Origin: Tubiluchus corallicola
Lineage: Eukaryota > Animalia > Priapulida
Assembly (NCBI GenBank): GCA_030141605.1
Contig: JAQGDQ010000397.1
Span: forward strand, 62,001-126,000
Reading direction: 5' to 3'
DNA length: 64,000 nucleotides
Below the pieces are notes generated by a model, which saw nothing but the letters and a program-made list of their open reading frames with translations, made no database searches and was not told the origin of the DNA. This document shows, in pieces, positions 52,368 to 64,000 of the stretch. Each line of letters opens with the position of its first letter. The stretch's first letter is position 1. A program made the translations under genes and the position numbers.

Positions 52368-53320
52368 TTGACATGCTTAATTCATGGCGTTAGTGGCAAA
52401 TTTTTGACTATACTTAGAAATATGTTTTCTAAGTGTAATCATGCAGTCAAGCTGCCTGAAGGAATTACTGAAGGTTTCTCATCTAACTTTGGTTTAAAAC
52501 AAGGTTGGGTACTTCGTCCAGTTTCATTTTCCAGTTTTGTTAACGATCTACCAAGTGCAGTTACGTTAGATTACGACCCTGTTAAATTAGCTAATGAGAA
52601 ATTTAAATGTTTAGTATATGCAAATAATATTTTACTCGTCTCTAATAGTGAAACCGGTTCACGTATGTGTTTAGACAAACTCGCTTCTTATAGCGATAAA
52701 TGGGCTCTAAGTGTTAACTTAACCAAAACTAAATTAATTATCTTTAATAAGTCAAGCAAAATCTTAAAGGACGAACTCATTTATTTTAACGCCAAATTGA
52801 TCGAAAAAAGTCAAAAATATAAATGTATAAATATATTAGCATTGATTTCCGAGCATCATCAGAACAGTATACTCATACTGAACAATAGGGAAACTCTTAC
52901 AATATGAATGTGCCGATTGATTGATCTCCCTTGTTGAGTCCATTATCACACATGGAGCCCCACTGCCTTTAATACTGAAAATTCATTTTTTCGTGACACT
53001 CTCGGAGCAGATTTTGACAGATTAAAAAGTGAATTTGTTCAGTTAAAATTTTGTAAACAGATATTACGAGCAGAAATGGGTATATACCCAACTAGATTTA
53101 CCCAATTTAGATGGCTACATATACTGGAAACACCATGCAGTAGTCTAATTTACAATGCATATTTAAACGGTAAACAAAAAGATTACGAAAACGTGTATAA
53201 CTGGGTCTCGTTCATTAGGAATATTTTGTACAAACTTGGGTTTGAGCAAACTTGGATTAATGAAGGTACATTAAGTGCTCGCAGATTGTTTTATTGCATT
53301 AATAAGAAGGATTTATAGAG
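52368..53320 (+). mobile_element. Degenerate non-LTR retrotransposon reverse transcriptase (CR1/L2-like)
   Basis: GLKQGWVLRPVSFSSFVNDLP (RT motif B), LVYANNILL (YADD mutated), WALSVNLTKTK. Frameshifted C-terminal region NWVSFIRNILYKLGFEQTW. Confidence 0.85.
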
Positions 53321-53599
53321 ACAACCATGATGACAGGGTAACAAACTTCGAACTTATAGGCTCTTCAAAGAAGGGAAACGTTGTTTATGAAAATATTTTA
53401 AAAATATTGCCTCTTTTTGCAGTTATGCCTGTAAGTGAACAGTTAATTTGTATTAATGGCCTAAGAGATGAGAACCCTAGTAACAAACTTTATATACGAC
53501 AGTATTAAAAAAAGGAAAGAGAAAGAGGATGGCACATAACTTTAATTTGAACAAGCAGCCTAAAAAATGTATTCTCATCATCATTGTTTTTATGTGATA

Positions 53600-55130
53600 T
53601 CATTGACACCACCTGCAACAAACAAATCCCACCACTCTACACAAAACCCCTATCACCCCCACCAGATTATTTACACCACATCACAAACACCACACCACTC
53701 AGACCACACTACACCACACCCACCACACCACACAACACCCACCACACCACACAACACCCACCACATTACATGATGATCATGATGCTGAAGGCAATGATGA
53801 TGATGACGGCGGCAACAATGACGACACGTACAGCAGCAACAACAGCACAGCATCACAACAAAACCATTTCAAATATTTTCCACAAAGTCAAAACTGTGTG
53901 TTATAATAAATGCTCTTAGTCTGCTTCCCAGATGATAATAGGCTAACAGATCTTACTTACATGTATATCTATGACACTGTAGAACGACGGGTGACAACAA
54001 TGCCTGGAACAGCCGCGAAATTTCACAGACTCAAAGACAATGGATGTTCCAAATAGCGTGCAGCACAGAGGGTAAAAAAATACTTCGAAATACACCCCTC
54101 ACGTTTCGTTCAGTATACATCTCTCTCAACAAAACCTTCAACATTTTGTAGACCGTTTAGTCTTCTTTCTGTGGGGGCGCTTTTTTCCCAACATGCCCAA
54201 CTTGCAACTTTTTCTAGACACTGTTTGAGCAGTTTTCTGCAAACTTTGCGTTTTGGGATCCGAAAAAACGCCCGTCACGGGGCACCGAGGCACTCCCCCG
54301 AATTCTTTGTCAATGTCACCCACCGTTGAACGCACTATTAAACCATTACCGGCACTGTTCCTGTTCTCTACCAATAAGAGGCATAAGTTTTGAAAAAAAA
54401 AACGGCCGAAAAATGGCAATTTTGGAGGTTTTTCGCCCCCCGCTTCTCACGGTGGGACAGAGTCAAAAAATAAAACCCCAATTGTAGATCTGTTGGTCAG
54501 GACCTTTAGTTTGATGTATAGAACGTCGAGAATGGTACTGTCATTGGAGCTGTGGCCTCGCCGTTTATATATATATATATATATAAATGTATGTATATTA
54601 TGTATATATATATACACAACCAAAATTAATATATAGACTAGCAAAACCCCGCAAAAAGAATATAGCACATAATTCAACACACAATCACACAACCCACACC
54701 ACACCACTCCACCAGCACCACACACACCACATCATCAATACCACACAACACCATCCAGACCACACTAAACCACGCCCATCAAACCACCCACTCCATTCCA
54801 CCAACACATCCCACACACCCTTCCACCTCATCACACCATCCATAGCACACCACCACCACCACCACCACACTGCACAACTCACACAACATCGCATGGTGAT
54901 TATGTTGTTGATGATGATAATGATGGTGGCAACGATGACGACTGCTATTGCACCAGCACTTACAGCACAACATCAAAACAAAACCATTCCAAACATTTTC
55001 CACAAAGTCGAAACTGTGTACTACAATAAATGCTTTTAGTCTGTTTAGCAATGATCAATAATGCGCGGACATTTCATATAGTTTGTTTGCTGCTTCTCAG
55101 AAGATAATAAGCTAACAGAACTTATTTTTA
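53600..55130 (-). mobile_element. Head-to-tail pair of Helitron-like units
   Basis: The minus strand reads ...gcggggttttgCTAG|TCtatatatt...; CTAG is at 54638-54641 and TC at 54637-54636. Confidence 0.7.
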
Positions 55131-55780
55131 TGTATGCAGCGTTCTACCTGACGAGAATCTGCTGATTACTTCGCAGCAGCAGAACAGTCTTATTTTTGTT
55201 TTGTAACAATTTGTTGTAGCTAAACAAGGTTTTGCAAACTCTTCCCGGCAAAAAAATGATGAGAGTAGGATGTATGACTTGCAGTAGAAGACAGAACAAA
55301 AACTTAAAGAGTGAAAAAACTTTGCTAAAAGATCTTTATTAAAAAATTCTTCAAGATTATTTGGGAACATTTTTGATAACAAATTTCTAGCATGCAAAAA
55401 TTTTGGGCGCAAAAGTTTTCTACTAGGGAACACAGAAAGTATCGAGACATATTGCACAGCAGCTAGTAAAGTTAGCATCGCCCTAGCTGCAGAGCATTAG
55501 GGACTATTGTTGACAGGTTAGCTACTACCCAAGCAGCTGTTCGCGCACGGGTGTGTAGCAGAAGAGATAGCTTCACCAAAACCAGGCCCATCGAGGACGC
55601 TCATTACAGTAGTGAATTGCAAAAACACAAATAGAAACTGTGAGATATCTTTTTTTATATTATCCGATGACGCCGCTAAGTAATTATGTCAACATTTTAA
55701 GATTCCTGTGTGAATTAACCACCAGGAAAAAATGCCTGTGAAAGGGTTAAGATATAATTCTCTGAAAATACACTATTTTT

Positions 55781-56200
55781 TTAACTTCTATTCAATTTTC
55801 TGATGGCAGTTATCGGGTCATGATCTGTAGTAGCAATTACAGGTACAGAAGCTGATATGATGGTTGACTCAGCATTCGTATAAATTAGAGTGAACGTGCA
55901 CTGGCTACTCTCGTTGGAGCATAAACTACTTGCTTGAAAATTAAACTGAAAGATTCCTAAATTGCAGACCACAATCTGCAGTCATTAGCTTCCTTTCAAG
56001 GACTTATATCTGTGTTCACATCTCCCATAAAGAACACGTCATTGCCCTCCGCATAAATTCGCTCCATAATCTCCTCAAATCTATTAAATTAGTTAACATT
56101 TGAACTAGGTGGACGTTATATAAATCCAACTAAAAATAGTGCTGATCTTGGAAACCGGACTTCTATCCACATGACTTCAATTTCTGCCAATCTATTTCCA
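55781..56200 (-). mobile_element. Degenerate LINE apurinic-like endonuclease domain
   Basis: IEVMWIEVRFPRSALFLVGFI*RPPSS...FMGDVNTDI...LIYTN...TDHDPI matches the LINE APE motifs YRPP, GDxN and (S/T)DH. Confidence 0.85.
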
Positions 56201-57132
56201 TTTGCAAATCTGGTTTTTCAGGCTTGTCTAATTTGTGCACATCATATACTCCCAAAAAGCACAAATGGGTCTCCCATAATTTTCTTTAGCGGTTTTTTTG
56301 CTTCTTTAACTTCAAAAGAGAAAAAACTGAAGCAAGCCATAAATGAGGCCACCCATCATCTACTTAAGAGTCAGACGCAGAAATCTTGAACCTAATAACT
56401 ACAATATTCAAACACCATGTACTAAAATATTAAGACAGAAATGACAGTTTTGGACACTTTCCCAATTGATAAACAAAGAATCAAAGAATAAGCTTTTTAG
56501 CAAACACAGCTAAACAAAATGCATAAAGTGCAAAAAGTGTTTTTGTGTTTAAAGCAGAACGGCAATTGTTTCTTCACCTTCCAAGTTCAATTATTATATA
56601 ACTCGCAGTTTTGTAAAAAATACAGTTTTATTACTATTTAATAGATAAAAAATAGTTGTGAAATATGGTCTAAACTCCAGATTTTCATTAAACTTCAAAT
56701 GTCCAAATAATATATTCTTTGTTTTTTATAATATTTTGCAACCATTGAATCCCAATGTATCCTCTAGGATACAGGCAATATTTGTAATACAGACACAGTA
56801 AGAAAAATGACATTTGGAGAGTTCGAGGATGGCATTTTCAAGCTTTCGGTTCTGCAAAAAACCGTTAATCACTGTTGATACGAGGGTGAAAATCATCCAC
56901 ATGTCACCCTCTCGTTTCATCAGAAGCATTTGCTTTTGCGGTCTCCGAGTGTAGCATTTTCCGCCCAATCTGGTTTGTATCGGCTTCAAATCGAAACGCT
57001 ACACGAACCAAGCCCTGCCGATGATGTTTACTGCTCTATTCGTACAATTAGTAGATAGTTGGCCATGGTTTTGGCTGCCCGGATTGCTCTGCCTCGTCCG
57101 TTGCTCTGCCATCGTATGGCCTATGGTGGTCA

Positions 57133-57498
57133 TTAATTTTGTAGATCCTCTGAGCATATTACTACGCGATTTTTTGGTAGATGTTTTTTGACGAATCTGT
57201 ACATCTCGAGTCCCTTGACATAGACGATCCTGTTTCTGCTAGTTTGTCGTAGAATGCCGTCTAACTCTGAATAGTCCAACATTCCCTCCTCCCACCAGGC
57301 GCCGCGTATGTGTTTACTCTGATAGTTGTAAGTGAATCGCTTGTAGTGGGGATGTCGATGCCATGGGTGAGGCGGTTTGAAGCTGTAACTGTGATATATG
57401 CCAGTTTGTATTTCGTGAATTATAAAATTTTTGACTTGGTATTCTTCTTCCATGTGCTGGAAGGCATCAATGGTTGGAGCAATGTCCGATTCATTCAT
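57133..57498 (-). pseudogene. Virus/Maverick-associated small nuclease-fold-like ORF (truncated)
   Basis: Pattern IDAF..EYQVKNF..YSFKPPHPW..HIRGAWWEEG..YSELDGIL..IVYVKGLEM..F resembles a family I recall from Maverick/Polinton-like insertions in invertebrates (D..F..VKE..FkPP..W..HG..W..G..YVKG.EK..C..H..C). Intronless; premature stop before a degraded Cys/His tail near 56950. Confidence 0.55.
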
Positions 57499-58089
57499 CT
57501 GTGGCAATCGGTTCGCAGACTATGACGATATTCTTCTGATTGTTTTCGAAGAGCAACGACTTGACTTTCTCAAAGGCTTATTTCTGTGGCACTCTATTGC
57601 CGCTGTTGCTGTTGCCACCAATCTTGTACGGATGGATACGTTTGCCTCCGTGTGCAGGTTCCTACAGTCGTGGTTGTTGTTGTTGATGTTGTTGCAGTTT
57701 GGGCGGAGCAGGCGAAATTTGGAAATCCTGCAAGAGAAAAAAACATGTGACTTTTAGGTACTGGAAAATTTTTTCAACTTTTTAGGAGCAGATGCCAGAA
57801 TGAAGGAAACTACAGGGGGCAAAGGGGGTGGAGCAAACATGTCGGCTATGCCCTCATCTTCTTCTTTAGCCAGTTGTATTTTCAATCTTTTCTCTCCAAT
57901 TCTTGTTTGCCGTTCTCACCGTAGCATTGTTGCTGCTGTTGCTGCTGCTGTAGTTGTTTTTGTTGTTGTTGTTGATGATGTTGCCAGGGGTGTTGGTGGC
58001 GGCATCGCTAGTGGCGGTGGTGGTGGTGGTGGTGCTACTATGGTCGCCATTGTATCTTCGCTTTATATCTTCGCTATTCAACTCTTTGC

Positions 58090-58192
<103 letters not shown>

Positions 58193-61100
58193 GCTTTTTA
58201 TTTATCTTGCAACACACGCACAGTTATAATACAATTAATTTGCCCATGAGCTATCATGTGCGACGTTGCTTCCATGCATGCATTGCTACATTCACTGCTC
58301 TAGCATGTGTGAGAGTGCACCTCGTCTCTACCGTGTACTACATAGACCCACATGTTTAGGTAAAACATTTTCACCAGCCATGTACACTAGCCATGATAAG
58401 AACAACAAAACACCTGAAAAATGACAATGATGTTTGAAACAAACAATAAATAACATTTTAAAGTGAAAATGTTGGAATGCATCCTGCATTTTTGAACCAT
58501 GTAACTAGTCAAGGAAATCCAAAATCACAATATACTACAGATTGCAATGATATATCTGGTGAATAAAATGCAGGTTTAGATGGGAAGAGACTTGTGACAG
58601 AGTATAGCATGGCAATAGAAAATTGATCCAGTATTGACATCCAATAGCATAGTTTATAAGACATAATAAAATTTAGTGTTCTTTCAATAAGATCAGTCAG
58701 CCACTTATAATATATCAAGAACATAATATTCGTCCAGATGTTCACTGTTTAGTAGTGTTCTAGAAACTCCAATTACTGAAATTATTTTTGCAGACAAAAG
58801 GACAATGGTTTTCCATTATACATTATCTGTGTTCAAGGATAGGTGTTTTACCTGTGTTCTCGCTATCCAGCAAAAACCAGTTAACATGAGAGATGAGTTT
58901 TTTCAGCTGGCACCCAATCATTTAGCTGTGGTGTGGTGGACTTGATGTGGGTGGTGTGGTTTGTCATTGTGGTTTTTTGTCATGTTCAAATTTTTGCCGG
59001 GGATTGATAAGTCTTATTATTAATTTTTGTTGTTTCTGGATTCATTATATATATTGCACCAAGATCTCTCATCGCATCGTTTCATTAATGGTTTATTTAT
59101 CCAATTAGGCTCAACTGGGGAAGCCATTTTGCCTCTTTTTTTCAAAATTTATACCTCTTATTTCTAGAGATTGGAAATGGCCATGGCGCAGTGCCGGTAA
59201 AATTTGGTAAGCCATTTAACGGTGGATGTTATAGGCATATATTAAATTCACAGATAACCAATGGGCACAACTCCCGATGATTTATGTCTGAAATTTTTTT
59301 AAAATATTTTTTTTAAATTTGTCCCAGGTTTTTAAGATAATTAACATCGTGTATGTAAGTACCAGACATTAAAAGAATCTGCAAAATCAGGGTTTGTTAA
59401 TTTTTCACCTTTATCTCATAACTCTAAGGTCTTAGGGCACTCCTCTGTTGAAAGTAAAATCAAAGCCAATTTTTTTTGAGAGCTGAGCGGTCAGCAGTCT
59501 AATTATTAACAAAGTCCTGTGTTTGCGAAGGACACATTGTAATCACACAGGTATTTCCTTCCCCTGTTGTCAGTAAGTCTCACAATGGTTCAGAAGTATG
59601 ATTTCGGTCAGAAAGTGCAGAGAGTATGGATGAAACTGAAGTTATTTCAAATATTCTTTTTAAAATTTGTCTGAGATTCAGCAGTTCAGCAGTTCCGTCT
59701 CTGAGCACTGGGAATAGAGCTTTGTTAACAAAGCACAGGTGTGTTCTATTATTTTTGTTGGAAGTTTATGCTTGTAATAATATAGCGCCCTGGGAGACAC
59801 GCAAGAAGATGCTTTGTTAAGATTGAAAGGAATGTCTTTTTAGATTTGAAAGCTTTTCAAAGTGTTTGTATAGCAATCATTGTGGTAAAAGCTTTTCAAA
59901 GTGTTTGTATAGCAAACATTGGGGTAAAAGCTTTTCTTGTGATAATAAAGGGCGAGACAGCTTAATAATAATTGCTGTTTGGCTAAAATGAAGAAAACTT
60001 TAAGTGCTCAGGAGCGTGAACAAAAAGGCTGTTTACATTCTGTTTTGTTCAAGTTCTCTTATTGATTTTGTGCAGGGTTAATGTGGCTCTGAAGCAAAGA
60101 ATAATATTTTCCCACATTTTAACATCTTGTGTAAATTACCCACATCTGAACACCTGGTAATGATGCCAGGGGAAAAGTTAAGTAAGAAAAATTGAATGAA
60201 TCGAATTGCCTATAACTGTGAAAGATTTTGGGACATTTTTGTTTTTCCAGTGAAAAATTAACATTTTGCCAAATCTGCTGATACTGTTACATATGAAACT
60301 GTGTTAACCTGATATTACTGAAAATGCTGGGGGTGGGATAAGTTTTTGTAAATTATATCAGCATCATTTCAAATCCTGTCTGCCATTGTTTTAAAAGGAT
60401 TAATAGTTTCCTGTAAACTTACATTGAACAAAAATATTTTTCCATGTTATTACATTCCTGAGCAAATTAGCCACTCAAGAACTGCTACCCCTGAGAAAAG
60501 AAAGAGCTTTCAAATCCTAGGCCCATAAATATACGTCAGAACTTCTTAGCAAACAAATATTTTGCTAACCTGTATCATACTAATACAGACACATTTTTGT
60601 ATGTTTGCTTGCTTATCTTTGTGTTAGTTTAGAATTGTCCATCTCTGGCAGAGATCTGTTTCCTATGAGCGCATTCTAGTTTTATAATAGAAATCAACTG
60701 CATCCATGTAACATTATGTGCCAATTTTCCTGTGCCATTTTTATCTGCACCGTTTTTGTTGTACAGAGTTGCTGCTATTGTGGCTGTTATTGTCATTGTC
60801 ATTGCTGCTTTTGATGTTGCTGCTGCTGTTGTTATTATTGTAAAACAAAAACAAGGTCATTCTAAGTGTGACAATGTTGTAGATATAATCCATGTACTCA
60901 AATTTGTGACATAACTTTCTTACATATGTTCAGGCATTTTTTGTTACATGGTGGTTATTGACAGTAAAAAATGAACAATGAGAGGGCAGGAAAAACTGCT
61001 CTCACTAAGCAGCGATTACGTTATATTGTAGCTGTTACATTAGTTGAAATTTTGTACAGTAGATGGCTCAGTGGTATTACCCTAAGCTATTCAGCCAATT

Positions 61101-63711
61101 GGAGCATCTGCCATTGCTAGACACGCATGCTGTCAATCACTCTTACCCATGAGCTATCATGTGCATCGTTGCTTCCATGCTCGCATCGCTACACTCACTG
61201 CTCCTCTGCCACACTCACTCAACGTCTCTGCCACGCTCAACACATGCTGTCTGTTTGGGCAAAACTTTTTCACCTTCCATTTACAATAGCCAAATATAAA
61301 TGTCAAGAAATTAATAATAATAGTAATAATAGCGATAATGATAACAGCAACAAAATCACTTTGAAAATGACAATGATAATGATACCAGAAACAAACAATG
61401 AATAACATTTTAAAGTGAAAATGTTGGAATGTAGTCTGCACTTTTGAACAACGAAATAGGCCCTTAGACTGCTGTATGCCACTGAATTTTGTCTTGGTCA
61501 AGGCAATCCAAAGTCATGATAATATTATACTACACATTACAATAATATGCATAAATAAAAGTGCAGGTTTAGATGGCAATACCATCTTTTGATAGAGCAT
61601 AGCATGACAATAAAAGATACGTTGACCCAATATAGACATCCAATAGCATTGTTTATAAGACGTAATAGAAGTTAGTGTTTTCTTTCAATAAGATTAGTCT
61701 GTCACTTTCAGTATTTCAAGAACTTTATATTAGTTCAAATGATCACTGTTAGTTGTGTTCTAAAACCTCCAATTACTTTTGGCGACAATTATTTTTGCAG
61801 ACAATTTTCAAGGACAAAGGAATAGGTGTTATACTGAATTTCCTCTATCATTGAGAAACCATGTAATATGAGAGATAAGCATTTTTGGAGCAGCCACCCA
61901 TCCATTTAGTTGTAAGGTCCTGTAGTGCATAGCTTTTATTGCTAGATACTCTTCACACCACCTCTCAAGCTAATCCTTAACTCTCAAAAGTAGTTCTGTC
62001 TGAGTGCACTGGGAATAAGTGGGTGTGCTCTATTATTTTTGTTGGATGTTAATGCTTGTCATAAAATATCACACTGGGAGATAGGGAATCTGATATTTTG
62101 TTTTAATTGAAAAGACAACTTTCAATATATTTATAAAGCAAACACAGAGAGAAGAACTCGTTTTTGTTCTTATGATACTAAAAGGGTGGTACTGCGTAAT
62201 AATGATTGTTGTTTAGACGGAGCAAGTTTTAAAGAAGTGCTTAGTCATTTGAATGAATTCAAATTCTGTTATTGATTTTAAGCATGGATGGATGAATTGA
62301 CTCGTGTATTGTGAAGCAAAGAAAAATATTTTCCGACACTTAAGATTCTTATTCAAATTAAAGAAACTTGAACACCTGGCCAGGAAAATATGCCAAGGAA
62401 AAGCTTATAGAAAAATTGAATTGCTCATTCAATATGAAAATAAATCAGCGCTAAAGCTATTTTTATTCCTAAATATATTTCATATTTTAAAATTGAGTTT
62501 AAAATGGATGAATGAGATTCCTGCACATTCTGACGTAAAGAAGATTATTTTTCATCATTTTAAAATTTGTCTGAAACGATAAAATATTATTAAAACATGT
62601 GTTATTTCAAGGAAGAAACAATTTTGCTACAGATTGTTTTTTTGTTGACAAAGCCACATATTCTTTAGGAAGGGCTTGATACTAGAGTTAAACGTAATTT
62701 CTATTTGCTCTTGTAAAATCCATAGCAACCACAATTTCGCGTGGATGCTAAGTGTTTTGTAGAGACGCAACAAAAAACTATGGCTGACTTTAACAGAATT
62801 TTTTTCAAAATTACTGTTTTAGATGAGTAATTAGCTTGCACCATTTTTAGCCTACACCTCAACTTCAACATGGGTTATCTCAGCTTAGGAATAGCATAGA
62901 GCTACGAGCTTGGTATCAAAATGATCCTCATGGAATGGAAATTCAGAATATGTGAATAGCTGGAAAAGCTTCATTGCCGAATTGTGGGGAAATTTTCAAT
63001 GCAAGCACACACAGTGAATTTACTGTTTGGGGTATTTCCACTGTGTGAAACAAACACATTTCTGTTTACAAAACATATATACAATTCAAAGATATATGTA
63101 AATACACAATTACAAATACAATCAATTAGCAAAACGTTTAGCAGACTTTATGCAGTTCTGCAAAAAATTGAAGAAAATGCCACTGGATTGATGACCCGGA
63201 GCCGGATTCCAAAAAAACTCTAACGAACTAACCGTAACTCTATCACTGTTTAAATGGCTATGGCTGGTGTTTTTGTAAAACAGGAAAAGGCTAATAGTAG
63301 AAATTTAATAAGTAGAGTTAGTATTTTTCAGTGTAATTAATTATCTGCTAGGTCTTTTATATAGTCAAAATTTTTGAGATAACATAGCAGTGTTTTTCTT
63401 TCTGGCAGCACCATATGTTTACCTTACCAAACAAGAAGTGGTCCAAACATCAAAATTAATTGCAGCCAGCAGCTCTGTAAAGTCATTTTTGAAACGATTT
63501 GCTAAAGAAATTTCGTAGTTTGAGGACATTCTGTGTGGCAGGAACTTGAGCTGTTTAAAATAAGTGATTAAAGTTAAAAATTTTTGAAGATGAAAGTTTA
63601 CAAGATTGAGCAAGTGAAGATGAACACTGTAACATTGCTGTGCCATCCAACGTACTCATCGTTGAAGTGCCACATATGCATTATTGATCTGTGTGTTAAA
63701 TTTAAGTGAAC

Positions 63712-63941
<230 letters not shown>

Positions 63942-64000
63942 TGAACACCATGATCCAACATTGCCATTTGGTATTGTTTTATTTTCATATCTCCATCACA

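Overview
AT-rich, intron-containing animal (probably invertebrate) genomic DNA. About 8 kb of apparently single-copy sequence (~2.6-10.7 kb) holds two interleaved genes. On the - strand is an intact two-coding-exon Golgi carbohydrate sulfotransferase (CHST11/Sulfotransfer_2 family, ~367 aa after splicing). It lies inside an intron of a + strand PPP4R4-like (PP4 regulatory subunit 4, HEAT-repeat) gene fragment that looks dead: in-frame TGA, a GT>AT donor and frameshifted exon remnants. Most of the remaining sequence is a patchwork of 0.3-2 kb modules re-used 2-9 times in both orientations and largely in a conserved order. Mixed into it is a non-autonomous Helitron-like family with a (GTGTG)n-rich 3' arm, found in head-to-tail arrays with a CTAG|TC junction at 54637/54638. 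Also present are fossil pogo DDE transposase, LINE RT, LINE endonuclease and L1/Tx1 tail fragments, a compact virus/Maverick-like relic with overlapping ORFs at 56.8-58.1 kb, and several microsatellites. All homology calls come from reading motifs by eye; no database search was run, and repeat boundaries are approximate.
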